A DNA stretch of 64,000 nucleotides from Oculina patagonica (lineage: Eukaryota): the NCBI RefSeq assembly GCF_052425735.1, contig NC_135770.1, forward strand, positions 24,924,001 through 24,988,000. Reading direction: 5' to 3'. Under the pieces are notes generated by a model. The model had not been told where the DNA came from. It ran no database searches and worked only from the letters and a program-made list of their open reading frames with translations. Positions within the stretch are counted from its first letter, which is position 1, and every line of letters begins with the position of its first letter. Below are positions 24,160 to 37,645 of this stretch, piece by piece. The translations under genes were made by a program, and so were the position numbers.

Positions 24160-25835
24160 TCACTGCACCAAGATATAACCCATGGCTTTGATGTGTTTGT
24201 TGCCATTATCTGGCGAGTGCGTTGCTTGGTTTCCACACGTGTTGGAGTCATCAGTATACCCTCCTGTACCATAACCGATTCTGGAATCACAAGAGGTGCA
24301 GGCATTTTGTTCGTTACCAAGGATGCCGATCCTTGCTTTAGAAGCTCCACTATAGCACATAGCATTGAAGCCCTCCTTGTTACAGTAGTGCTGCAAAGAG
24401 GCCTGTGGACCAATCAACGTCTTCCACGTGTTACGACCCAGTGAGATGGCGCGGTGTTGCCCATCAGCGATCAGTGAGTACAGAGAGTTGGCCCGCTTGT
24501 TGATGACAATGAACTTGTTCTGATGGCCGATCTTCATTCCGAGGCAGATCTTGGAGAAGGGTGTGTTCCAGTAGGTCGGTAACTTGGTCTCTTGTGAGTC
24601 AAACCCGGTCTTGCCTCCTGCAAGGTTATAGGCATTTCTATCGCTCCAAAAGTGGGAATTGTAGTGGAAGGTTGACTGAAAGGAAAAAAGACAAAAACCA
24701 GCGTTTAAGAACCTTTTCAACTGTTGTAATCTTGTTTTAAAATCGATATATTCTTTAAATTCGTCAAATGTCGGATGATGTAATGTGGGAAGGTCAATGA
24801 AATAACAGTCCTTGCTTTCGTCTCTTATTATACCCTTTGGCCATCAGTTTTCATGACCAGTGTCCATCCCCCACCTCCGCATGCGCCAATACCGTGGCTG
24901 GTCATGTGACAATACACAGAGATCTTCCCACTGTTTGTCTGCAGCAAGTACGCCTTGTTTCCTCGCGACCTGATGAATGAAATGAAATATTTTACACAAG
25001 CAAGGCCATTTTCTGTAATAAATTGCATATGAACTCGAAGTGAAAGTTACCTATACCTTGAAAGGTTGAAAGCAAAAATGCAAATTATTAAATTTAAAGC
25101 AGAATACTGAACTTCGCAGGAAACTTATGCCAGTTGAGAAAAAAAAATGTCAGCGCGTCTAAAGGCCTATCTTGGTGCCAACGACGTAAGTATCACCTCA
25201 TTTTAGACCGAATAAAATTCTGCAAACCGTTCCTTTAGCAATTAATGGCCAGAAGAAGGGCAAAAAGCTATCCTTGCCGTATGCGAACTCGCTTCCGTTT
25301 TTTACATCTCTGCCTTCTACTTCGGTCTGCGGCCGTTTGAGTTCAGACGGTTCAGAAAGGACGATTGATTATATTAAAAGGCGATTTCTCTGCTTCCGTT
25401 CTCTGACTCGTTTTTTTTATTTCTGTACTGGCAGCCTGAAAAAGAAAGGATAAAGAAAAAATAAACTTCAATTCTGTTGTCGGGTACAGTTTCACTTACT
25501 TGTGATTCTGGTAAATGTCTCTGCACGAGGTAAAAGATGGACCTGTGTGTGAGAATTTACAATTCAGTCAAACAGTTTATCGAGCCACCGAGACGACATT
25601 AAATTAAAAGAAAGCGATCAAACGGCATAATCAAGGCTTTATTTTTACCTGGCGGATTACCGACATTCAGTGCACGAGCGATAGCTTTGACATCAGCAAC
25701 AACATTGCTAAGCTTATTTTCAAAAGCTTTAATGACCGTCTCGCATGAGTCATTAGATGCTCCCATGACGGTGAACATAAACAGGACCTCTATCAAGGTG
25801 AGCGGGCAAACCCAAGTCTTAAGAGACGAGTTCAT
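24160..25835 (-). CDS. USOMP5-like paralogue D, intact 4-exon secreted protein (~293 aa)
   Basis: Exons 25835-25649, 25542-25500, 24969-24834, 24675-24160; GT-AG, phases 1, 2, 0, no stops. Confidence 0.9.
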
Positions 25836-25839
25836 CTTC

Positions 25840-28800
25840 AGTTTTCGTTAAACTTTCAATCTTCAAACCAAGCTGAACACTTTACGACTACTAGACTATA
25901 ACTAAGCGCTGAGTACATAACATAAACACAGACGTTTCGTAAACACAACGCGAAAATTTTCTCGCTGACCCCTAGTGCACAATCATGGTTCTTCTATTCT
26001 ATTTGATTTCATCCTTGAAGTTTTTTGGCTTAATGAGGTTTATTGACAATATGACTAACCATTTTGATAAAATATATCACACCACATTAAGCCTCGATTC
26101 GCTATTATAAAAGTTTGCCAATTTGTACTACGCTGTAATCGTTTTGGGGTTATTTCCTGCTTGTAAGTCTTAAAAGCTGTACTTAAAATTAAGTTAACTG
26201 TCCCGTTTTTGCGGACGTTAAACTTACTAAACGTCACGCGTCTCAGACAGTATTTAGATTTGATCGAGATTTAATTATTCCATGTTCCACGAGTTACGAA
26301 ATCTTCACATGAATGTTGTAGCTTATTGTCGCAAAGAGAGTCTTTAAATGCATTCTTCATTTTAAGCAGCTTTACAATGTCGGCCAAATTTTATTAAAAA
26401 TTACAAAACAAAAATATTTCCCGTGAAATTGTGTGTATCCGCGCGATTATATGACTTCGAGAGTGGGGGCGTTTTTGTTTGATGCTACAAATCGTCTGTC
26501 GCGTGGACCCCACGCGCCTTACGATCTCCGTCCCCTGCTAAAGTCAAAATACTTAAGTGACATTAAGGTACGAGTGCCTCTTCATTTGTCATGTTTGTAA
26601 CAATTTACTTGATTGCAGAAAGTTGCAGTTTATTCCGGCAAAACTTCAATCCTTTGAAGCTTCGATACAAAAAACAATAGTTTGCAAATTAAAATCAAGC
26701 AATAACCTTGTCAGACTTTACCGACCTTCAGGAAATGACGATACAAGTATTAGTTTAAGTAAATCAACAAAGACTTGAAAAACAAATGAGATGGTGTGAC
26801 AATTTCTTCCTGTCGATGTCATAACACCAAAGCTACATCTTAATCTGTATCGACTTTATTTTTAACAAGACTGTAATTTATCGTTGCAGATCTGGAGACG
26901 TTTTCTGAGAGAGATGAAAATCACTTTGAGCCTACTCTGATGGCTCGCCATCAATCGGATAAGCCCCTGCTATACAATATCGTCCAACATGAAAATCTTT
27001 ATTATTACAGCTGTTAAACTGACAACAACGGAAACGACCTTGCTGTGTCTCATATTAGTGTTAAGGGACTACACATAGGATGATTGACATTTAAAGCTGC
27101 TATTCTCTTTTAGACTATTTGCTATGTTAGCATTTGCCATGTTAGCGGTATGTAACCACAGTCGAAGCTCCCCGGGCGAAGCTCCCGTAAGCGGCGTGCT
27201 CCTCACGAGTGTTTGTTGTGTTTCAGCGGTTGGCAATCCCTCGTAATAATATCGAGTAGAATGTCCACTTGGCACTAATTTAAATTAGTTTATATGAATT
27301 CGCTTGTGACTATGCAGTCCGATTCGGCAAGAAAAAAATTCTCGGACAGACTGGACATCTGAATTAGTAGAGGTTGGAACTGCGCTGGCATCTTGCTTTC
27401 TTTCTTTTCTTGCCAAGCGCGGAGTCTCTCACTGTGTTCCTTTATCTGTTGCTCACTGTGCGCCTCATCAGTTTGGATTGCATTTCTTCAGCTAGGCCGG
27501 TCGTTGGCTCACTGCTCCCAGTTTTCGGGGTTGATGTCGCACTGCTTCAGGTTGTGTTAATGGGTATCCTTAAAGCGTTTTTGTTGCCTTGCCTTGTTTT
27601 TGACTCCTTGCACCAGGGAAATTTCAGCTTAGCCCTGAAGAACCGTTTCTAAGCTTTGGATAGTGAAGACCTGAGTGTAGATGATGCATGGAGAGGGTAT
27701 CGAGACATCTACCGCAACACGGTGGCTGAAACTCTTGGGCAAAGGGGGAAAGCATTGGTTGAGCCCCTCTATCTGGAACTGCATTGAAGACGTGTGCTGA
27801 AACACAGCCTCATGAACTGCCGTTCAGAAAGAGTGAAGGAACAAAGACAGCACCTTTACCAGATGAAATACAAGGAAGTTAATAAAAAGAGCGAGAGCAG
27901 ACAAAAACAAGCCTTCGGAAAAAATTCGCAGAAGAGTCTAAAAAAATTGCGCACCAGAATAGCCTGTAATGAAGACGAAGCTACTTAGCGGATGCTTTAA
28001 GAAGCGAAGCACTGGGATATGGGCTAAAGATGGTAAAGTCTTCACCACAGAGGAAGACGTGCTTGAAAGATGGCAAGAACATTTCTACGAGGTCTTGAAC
28101 GTGGCTTGCTAAGAATCTGACTTTCCTGAAGGATGCCAGCTCGACGTCTGCAAAAGACCTATAGAAATGGATAAGAGCCTCGTCACAATCCAAGAAGTGA
28201 GGCGAGCCAAATCTCGGTTGAAAAATGGTAAAGCTACCGGTATGAACAGCATCAGTGCAGAAATGCTGAAAGCCAGCCACGGAATCGCCTTAGCTTGAAG
28301 CGGCTTCTGAACATCTGCAACCAGTGTAACCGACTCTCAACCAGTATAAAGCCCCGTCTGACTGGAGGAAATCTCCCATGACCAAAATGCTAGGGGATCC
28401 GTCTATCTGTGATAATTACCAAGGAATATCCTTACTTTCAGTACCTTACAAGGTATTCTGCCGAATGCTCTTGTTAGGACGCAGGAAGTAGTCGAGAAGA
28501 GATTACAGCAAGAACAGGCCACCTACCGAAGAGGAAGGGGAACAACTAAAAAGATCTTCATCCCTACAAATATCTTAGAACAGAGTGCTTAGTGGCAAGC
28601 ACCTTTGAACATTGGCTTTATCAACTTCCAGAAGGCATTCGCGATAGCGTAAAACGAGACAGACTCTGGAACATCCTAAGGCATTATATTCCTGTCAACT
28701 TTGTCAACATGATATGAGAACTTTATGATGGAAGCACCTGCCGTGTTGTTGCACGTGGGCATATATCAGAGTGGTTTCCTGTAAAGGCAGGTGTCAAGCA

Positions 28801-29570
28801 GAACTGTGTCTGGTTTTCTTTTCAACATCATCACTAACTGGATAATGAGGCCATATGCGCCAACTTGGCGCCAGAGGACAGGTGAAGGTGAAGACAGACT
28901 GGATAATGAAGAACACCAACAACACAAGGAATTTGAGATGGAAGTTCACCGCAGTCTCAAAGAATTTTGACTATGCGCACGATATAGCTGTTCTCTCAAG
29001 CCGGCACAAAGACCTCCAAGAGAAGTGCAACCGCCTCCATCAGGTCTCAAGGTTCACTGGTAACCTCATCAACACCACCAAGACAAAGGTGCTACGAACA
29101 AACGCCAAGGTGGCTGACCCTAGTTTAATCGGCAGACAATAAGTTGAAGACGTCAACTCATTCATCTACCTAGGAGCCACAGTCCACGGAGAAGGTGGAC
29201 CACACCAAGGCATCACTCGCAGGAGAAGAGCATATTCCACCCTTAATCCTGTCTAGAGGTCAATGATGTACAGCAAGCACACCAACCTGAAAATCGTCAA
29301 GGCTGTGTGACCTTTTTTGTCTTGTAGGGCGCTGAGATGTGGAGGATTACATCAGCAGATATCGAGCAGCTAGACGTATTCCACCGAAAGTGTCTACGGA
29401 GAATCCTCAGTATATTCTGGCCACACACCATCTCTAACTGTGATCTCTATAAAGGATCTAGGGAGAGACCTATCTCAGAAACCCCCGAAGGTCAGCCGAT
29501 GGAGACGGATCGGTTCTTTGTCAAGGAGAGGGAAAGACAACAACTGCCAAGTTGCTCTTACATGGAAAAT
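25840..29570. repeat. segmental duplication, copy 2
   Basis: Colinear with 19010-22570. Confidence 0.92.
27215..27616 (-). mobile_element. RTE LINE 3' fragment (duplicate of 20380-20786)
   Basis: Near-identical to the first copy. Confidence 0.75.
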
Positions 29571-29750
29571 GAAGGCAAGAGAAGGCGCGTAAGACCTTAG
29601 ATTACGTGTGGAAAAACTGTGGAAGCTGGACGTAAAGTTAGTCCTGCGCTGGACTAGATGGAATGAGGTGGAGAAGCTAGTAAAAGACCGTGGAGGATGG
29701 AAGACGTTGCTGCACTTACAGGAGCGAAGAGGATGAGTGTAAGTGTAACT
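27617..29750 (+). mobile_element. 5'-truncated degraded RTE LINE with its 3' end
   Basis: RT motifs plus LDVFHRKCLRRILSIFWPHTISN.DLY, KRRRVRP, and a short repeat tail gagtgtaagtgtaac. Confidence 0.9.
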
Positions 29751-31102
29751 AGCACTTTGCCATTGGCCGGTGTCCTCTTATGGCAGCTTAGAAACAAAGG
29801 AAAAGTGTCGGCCACTTACAGTAATGGCCGGTTACGAAAATGTGTACAAACAGTGTTTGTATGGGAGTTCAAACGAGGTTTTTTCAAGGCGACAGTAAGT
29901 AACGCTGGCGCTTACGAGTGTCCGTAAAGAGAGCTTCGGCTGTAGTAGCTGATATACTGATGCCTTCACTGATAGCATTGTCAAATGAAATCCAATATAA
30001 GTGGACGGGAATATCTTTCCTTTTTGTGGAGTTTACGGAAACGGTATTTGAACTTCGGCAGCCTTGGATTGAGCCGTTGGGGATCTGATTTCAAGTCAAT
30101 AGTGCAATACGCTAACAACAAGATCACACTAGTTTTATCTTAATTTGGCCGGCCATGACCTAGTCATGCCTAGTGGTGATGCCTGACTGACTTGTTTCAA
30201 TTTGTTTTGCGGCTTTTGAAATTTCTTGTTTTGAAGGAAGAGAGGTTTCGAAAAAGAAGAAAAAAGAGCAGTTCAGAAAATTAGTGTCTACAATTGTTAG
30301 GGTGAGGATTATTAGAAATTGTTATTTTTACACATTATTTTGACTTCGTTAGGTCAGTTGTCTGATGCGCGAACTTGTAAAGCATAATAAACAATACCAC
30401 GGTAAAGTACTGCTCAAAATCTTTCATTTGAATGGCCACTTACACCACAGTTTGTTCACTCTAACCTGCGATAATCTCAGAAAACCGCGCGTATTGAAGT
30501 CCATTGTTGCTACTCCACAAAACAATAAAACAAGATTAAAGATCTTGGAACCTTCATGACAATTTCAATCCGTCCAGGAGTTCAGAAATACAATAGTTAC
30601 CATTAAAACAATCCTCACAACAAATTGTATAATTTAAATAAAATGTTGTAAAACAAAACGAAACACAAAGTTCTTACTTTTTTGTGCAAAGGTTGTTATT
30701 AAACAATACCAAAATTCATATTAAAGAATCCTTTGTGTAGTACTTGTTTCATATTGCCGCATTATTTCAGAAGAGTACTGTAGTCAAGACTTAGAAAGAA
30801 AAGTGTTGATTTTTTTGTTGACATTGCTTAGAAATCACGTAACAAGCTTGGGACAAGCAAAAAATATTATTCGCTAAGATAGCAATACCTTCAGTTTCTA
30901 TTCAGATGAAGTTCTGTCTATAATGCACGAAAAAATAGAAGACTTAAAACTCAAAAACATTCGTCAGAAATATTGTTTATTCCCATTTTACAATTTTACA
31001 ATACACTATTTTTTAACCTCAAATTCTAACCACAACAGTTGCTTATAATAAACATAATTTCAGAGCTTCTTTAAAATGGCTGTAAAAGTTACACAGTTCT
31101 TG

Positions 31103-32459
31103 TCACTGGACCAAGATGTATCCCATTGCTTTGATGACTTTGTTTCCGTTGTCTCCACCATGGTTAGCGAAATTTCCACACGAAGTGTAGGCACCTCTTA
31201 AACCAAACCCGATTTGCGAGTCGCAGGTGTAGCAATCGTTTTCGTTGTTACCAATAAAACCGATTCTTGCTTTGTTAGCACCTTTATGGCTACAAACAGC
31301 GTTGAAACCTTCCTTGTTGCAGTTGCGCTGCAAAGAGGCCTGTGAACCAATCAGCGTCTTCCACGTGTTACGACCCAGAGAGGTGGCGCGGTATTTCCCA
31401 TCAGCGATCAGTGAGTACAGAGAGTTGGCCTGTTTGTTAATAACAAGGAACTTCATCTGATGGCCGATCTTCACACCAAGACAAATCTTGGAAAAGGGTG
31501 TGTTCCAGTAGGTCGGTAACTTGGTCTCGTTGGTGTCAAACCCAGTCTTGGCTCCTGCAAGGTTGGAGGAGTTTTTGTCCCTCCAAAACTGAGAATTATA
31601 ACGAAATGTTTTCTGAAATTAAAATAAGGAAAGATTTATTTTTATTCCGATGAAATGTCCACACTTATCCAACAGTGCTGGGGATAGGTTTGTACCTTGT
31701 TGCCGTCAATCTTCATGGCCAGCGTCCATCCTCCATCTCCACATCCAAAGTTTCCCATGTGACAGTAAACAGGAATCTTTTGTGAACCAAACATCAGCGT
31801 GAACACTTGACTTTTTGACGACCTGGGGGTAGAGAAAGGCCAGGGGTCAGTTTTCTTCAAAATGCAAACTTGCCCGCGATGTTAAAGAACGTCTACACAA
31901 CACGATGAGGCCATAAAATGAAAATTCTACAACATTATGATCAGTAACAAAATTTGATCATTTTTCTCTCATTTCAAGTCGCAACGTCTACCAGATTATT
32001 GACCATTTATTTATTACCATACCTTCTTCTATTCTCGCTGAAACAAGTGAATTGCTCAACCCTAACTGAATTATTTGCTGCTAAAATTTAATTTATTTGT
32101 CGACTGAACCAATTCGACTAAGCAACTGTTTTTATTCAGTGTTTATCAACTGGTAGAAGTTTCATTTTTTTTTTGTACATTGTTTTATTTGTAAAATCCA
32201 CAAAGTACAAAGTTCTTATTACACAAAATTTTCGCGACACTTTCAAAATCTTTGCAAATTTGGAGAATTCGTTTAGTATTTCTTAATATTAAAAAATGTC
32301 GCGGTTTTTTCAAGTTACAGACCATCATATTGTCGGCGAAGTTTTTAGCAGGGCCCGATGGAGTTTGGTTGCCCTTAACCAGCGATGAAGATTTCGCGCC
32401 ATTCACAGTGATCAGAACGAGCAAGTTTATAGTGAAACAGCTGCAAATAACAAGCGCAT
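31103..32459 (-). pseudogene. USOMP5-like paralogue E
   Basis: Exons 31822-31696 and 31612-31103 are open. Exon 1 (ATG 32459, MRLLFA, homologous to F's MRLIFA) has a 1-bp deletion in the signal peptide and loses similarity near 32310; no exon 2 found. Confidence 0.7.
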
Positions 32460-33616
32460 TTTGAGAACTCGAGGTAAAACTTTGTGCGTCTGAACCGGCT
32501 GAATTTTGTGGATTACTGACTTCAGTGATTTCGCTTCCCTGTTAACATGACGTTATTGTCAACAGTTCGCGAATATTTTCTTGCTTGCAGCCACGTCGAC
32601 CAATCTACCACTTCCAAATTCATTTTTAACTTGACACGGCCTCTGTGTACAACGTTAACTGCTCTCGACAATTAAATTGATAATAAATTGCCGGAAAACT
32701 GAAATCACTACAATTTTACCGCAAATATGTTAAGATGGTTTAATGTGAAGTGACGATTTTTGAATATCCTTTTCTTTAATTACTGTTGAATAGGAAATGC
32801 GCGCAGCATGCATACATTTAATTTTCCGTTATTTTTGATATTAGTGTACGTCAGTTTTAAATATTTTGTAGACCGTTAGTCAAATTGTTGAGAGTGGTTT
32901 TTTTAAAGTTATGGTGACGCACCCTTCTGCTGTCTTGTATTTGTATTTAACGAGAATACGTAAAAGATTTTGGCAAGACAGGAACACGAAACACCATAGT
33001 CAAAACAATTCAATTGCGACCTTTTCTACAACTTTGTTTCGGTTGAGAGATCGCGAATATTGAAAATATGTTAAAGTACTACTTTATCTTACTAAACCCT
33101 TTTTATATAAGTGCTCGATTAGTGTGTAGTAAGGCGTCTGCGAAAAGCACAACGATATTCGTCACTAAATTTAACTCAAAATTAAATTAAATTTAATTTA
33201 ATTACCATTCAGCGCCTTCAAGAGTTTGAAGCGCGTTTGACGCTATCAGGTGGTCAGAATGAGAGTACTTCAGATACTTTCCCCTTTTGAGTAAACGTTT
33301 TTCTTAGTGGGCATGATTGCTTCGAAAATAAAATTTAAAATATATAGCAGTTAACAGTTGCTTTACATAACATTGAGCTTGTGAAGTTGCATTTTAATAT
33401 AAACAACAGTTTAGTTTTGCCCCAGGCTGATGAATATAACATTCACGTATCGTGCATACAAATTGTAACTGCGACAATTTTCCGAAGTTGTAGTTTTTAC
33501 TGTGTATAAGTATAAAAACTAGTTAAACGGTTTGAAAAACTTTGTTACCCGCAAATTGGTCGTGGTGAGAGCATAGTTTTCGTCAACGCATCCTTCAGCA
33601 GACTTCTGTACTCCGC

Positions 33617-33930
33617 TTTATACCATGCCATAGAAAATACAGCCAATCAGAATACAGGAAAGCCGTTGTATATTCGACGGTATTCAACCCAACCTTCCCA
33701 TAGTGCGCTGCGACTGTATTCTCGACGAAATTTAGTAAGCGTATTTTCTATGACATGGTATAAAATAGTTACACAACACTTTCTCGTGGTATACTATGGA
33801 ATATCCCACTTGTCACTTGTATTTTCTTGGCATACACACTCGCCTAAAGGCTCGTATGTATACCGAGAAAATACAAGTGACTCGTGGGATATTCCATAGT
33901 ATACCACTCGAAAGCGTTGCTTAACTAGTA
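33617..33930 (+). mobile_element. hairpin-ended non-autonomous element (second copy 62130-62370)
   Basis: ttataccatgccatagaaaata is inverted at ~33742-33763, followed by a palindrome with ~75-bp arms. Confidence 0.8.
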
Positions 33931-35801
33931 TGTATTTAGCGGGTTAAGAGTGCTTAAAATAGACACAGGGATTAAAAAAACCGCAGTCAAAACAATTGTA
34001 AGACCCATTTGTATGTTTTCGCTTTAGAGTTTTTAAATATTTGTTTTTGATAAATTAATACAATCTGAATAAATTAATTATGCAAATTTTTCCAAGGAGT
34101 TGATGAAAGTTTGAATACTGACCGCGCACCAGTTAACTAATAGTAATTCAGACATACCAGCTGCATATTATTTTGATTATTTTTTTTCGGTGTTCTGCTC
34201 ATACGAGACTTCAGAACGGACAGTAGAGTTTCCTCGACGGAATGATTTGTGCGGCGTCTCGGTATTATGTAAACAGATACAAAAATATATGGGGATGGAA
34301 TGAACATCGTTTCGGAATGAAAGTCATTCCGGTATCATGTAAACAGGCCCTAAAATACTGGTTGATAGCTTTGATTTGAAAAGACATTTACACCACAATA
34401 AACCATGCTTATTGACTCATTGTTATTTCACAGATAAATGTTGGTGAATTGTTCAAATGAAATCACAATCCTCAAAACAAATTGTTTATGAAAAAAAATG
34501 CATAAAATTCTTACTTTTCCGTCGACATTTTTGTTCACGTTTCCTTCAAAGACACATATAAGAAGCTTGGTACAAGAAAAAGAAAAGCGGAGGTTCAGCA
34601 AGAAAGGTAGAAGAAAATATTTGAAGGGGAAGTTAAAGGTGTCATTTCCCTTGTATCCCCGACTTAAACTTTTCTGCTTGTCCTTAGGCAGCGTGTTCCT
34701 TTGCTTTCTCTTCTCTTACTTATATTCTCATAGAAACACGCGCATTTTTATGCTTTAATTTTTTTGCCATGTTTACCCAAATTTTTAATGCTCAGTCATC
34801 AGTGTATTGTTGCGCTAGAGAATAAATGAGTCATTCAGTATACCTGGCTTCGCTCCTTTTGCTCTTTTTGAGATTGAATGTTTAAGGAATTCAATCCAAG
34901 TCACTTGTAGCTAGCACAAACTATTCGCTCAAGAAATACAAATACCGTAAATTTCGAGTCGCGTAATGTGCCGGCATGTGACTTGCATCGAAATTCTCTC
35001 GTTTTTCTTCTTTCGCTATATTTCAGCCGCATTGAAATTATAGTTTTGTTGAAAAGTACATTTTGTTCCTTGTGCTTTGTAGCTGACTGAGACTTTCATA
35101 AAAATACTCTAACCAAAACGTGGTCATTTCTAAGACGTATGTTTCATTTTTAAACTGTTTCAAAGATAGAAAAAAATCCCTTTTGGTTGTCATTTGATAA
35201 ACGTATTCAGCTCGGAAAGCTGTGGAAAAAACTGTCCGATATGAAGTTTGGAGATTTAAATGGAAAATCCTCTTTTACTAGAATCTCTCGGGCAATTTTC
35301 AGGGGCAGGTCTTTCTACCATCTTCTGCTTTTGAGGAATACTTGTCTCAGTTGGCTGTCTCTCCAACCCTGGCATTTTTTCGGGGAGAGGGGAGGGGGAT
35401 TGGAACTAAGGAGTCAAAAACATATAGCGCATCAACAATTGTAATATTCCTTCGATGTCAAGGTAAATAACCGTCGTATTAACTGAGTTCCAGGAACTGA
35501 ACTAAGACTTGAACTGTTAATTCAGGGGCTGGATGTCATTCTTCTGCGTGTGGCCGAACGAATTTAAAGACTTGGAGATTGCGCTTGTCCCGATGTGAAG
35601 TGTGCAATTTAAAACAAAATACCATTAGTCACAAACATTCTTTATTCCCTACACCACGTTTTATTTGTTTTACAACACTGTTATCTTTTCTCAAAATCTA
35701 ACTAGAACAGTTGTTGGGTTAATCAGTTAACTTCAGAGCGCATTTTGACTTAAGATCAGTTTTGCATAATATGAGTTCAAAAGGCATGGAGACAGTTCTT
35801 A

Positions 35802-37645
35802 TCACTGCACCAAGATATAACCCATGGCTTTGATGTGTTTCTTGCCATTATCTGGTGAGTGCATTGCTTGGTTTCCACACGTGTTGGAGTCATCATTATA
35901 TCCTCCTGTACCAAAACCGATTCTGGAATCACAGCTGTCACAGGCATTTTGTTCGTTACCAAGGATACCGATCCTTGCTTTAGAAGCTCTGTTATCGGTA
36001 CACACAGCATTGAACCCTTCCTTGTTACAGTTGCGCTGTAAGAAGGCCTGTGAGCCAATCAGCGTCTTCCACGTGTTACGACCCAGTGAGGTGGCGCGGT
36101 ATTGCCCGTCAGCGATCAGTGAGTACAGAGAGTTGGCCTGCTTGTTGATGACAATGAACCTGATCTGTTGGCCGATCTTCATGCCAAGACAAATCTTAGA
36201 AAAGGGTGTGTTCCAGTAGGTCGGTAACTTGGTCTCGTCTGTGTCAAACCCAGTCTGTCCTCCTGCAAGGTTATAGGCATTTTGGTTGCTCCAGAAAGGA
36301 GAATTGTAATGGAACGTTTTCTGAAATTAAAACGGAAAAGTTAAGGTTTTATTCCGATGAAATGTCCACACTTATTTTACAGTGCTGGGGATAGGTTTGT
36401 ACCTTGTGTCCGTCAATCTTCATGGCCAGTGTCCATCCTCCATCTCCACATCCAAAGTTCCCCATGTGACAGTACACAGGAATCTTTTGTGAACCAAACA
36501 TCAGCGCAAAGACTTGGCTCTTTAAAGAGCTGTCAGAAGAGAAGGAGAGAATGGGGTTAGTTACCTAAGAGTATGGCTACCGGGTGTTTTCACCAATCTT
36601 AGCATCAATAGACCAATAAAATCGATAATATTTTGTAGGCAATTTTGCACTTTTGGTTCAATCCAGTTTAGCTGCCTGATTCCTTTTCTCTCGGGTTGAA
36701 GTCACTATCTCCCAATACAATATCAGTGCAGCTCACACAGGCACCTCTCTGCGTGCAAACTCTCACGATTCTGCCGTAAGTCTCACTATTTTTTTTTATC
36801 TTTTCTCACGGCCTCACGAGAAGACTCAAAATCTCACGTTTTTTTGAGGAATAATATTTTGGAATGAAATATTACCTTATTAAATAAAAAATGGAAAACT
36901 AATGGGAACGGTAGTGCCATTAAGTGAGAAACTAACAAAGCAGAACACTGCACTATTACATCTTGTACCGTATTGTCTGATTTGTTTGCCGTTTTTGCTT
37001 AGTTTCAAGGCCTCTGCTAGTAATTTTATTCAGCGGTTAAGTTAACCATTAACTGAACCTCAATTCTATGCTAAATCCATGCTGGAAGAAGGGTTTGTTC
37101 AAACTTGATTAGATAAAAAAAAAAAATAATAATACTGACTCCTTTTTTTTTAGGATCTCCAGATATTTTTTTTTTACATGGGTCTCCAGATTTTCCTTTA
37201 TCAGGGGTTGGCAGGTCTGCTGTGACATCCACTTCTCACGTGACTGCAGTGGGAACGTATAATTATTTAACTGTGAACTTACTTATTTTTGTCAAACAGT
37301 TCCTTGCAAGATGAGGCTCAGACCTGCTGAATAAAAAGATGACAAAACGTCGGTTACACTGATGTGAGTTTGAAAAGCCACAACAGAAAAACTCCATTGA
37401 AAATGAGTAAAAAACGATTGTCCTAGTTTACCTGGTGGTGTTGGCTGTGGAGTGGGATGGGCAGTTTTGCTGACTAGCGCAGTAAGTTCTTCCAGTTTCT
37501 TTTCCAACGTCTTTATTCCTTGACAGATCGTCATCTCGTTGCAGCAGCATTCAGCATTACCGTTTGGTGTTTGAGTGCAGTTGACTATCAGCGCGAGAAA
37601 GTTTGCGCAAAAACAAACTGCGAAGATCAAACGCATTTTGAGCAT
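35802..37645 (-). pseudogene. USOMP5-like paralogue F, apparent +1 frameshift in exon 2
   Basis: Exons 37645-37432, 37326-37283 (44 nt versus 43 in B/D; encodes ASSCKELFDKN out of frame), 36529-36403, 36320-35802. Could be a sequence error. Confidence 0.7.

Larger units (their letters stand above)
27160..29942. mobile_element. MITE (cagtcgaagctc...gagcttcggctg TIR) interrupted by the RTE pair
   Basis: Left TIR at ~27160 (also ~20345), right part 29750-29942 followed by TA. Confidence 0.55.
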
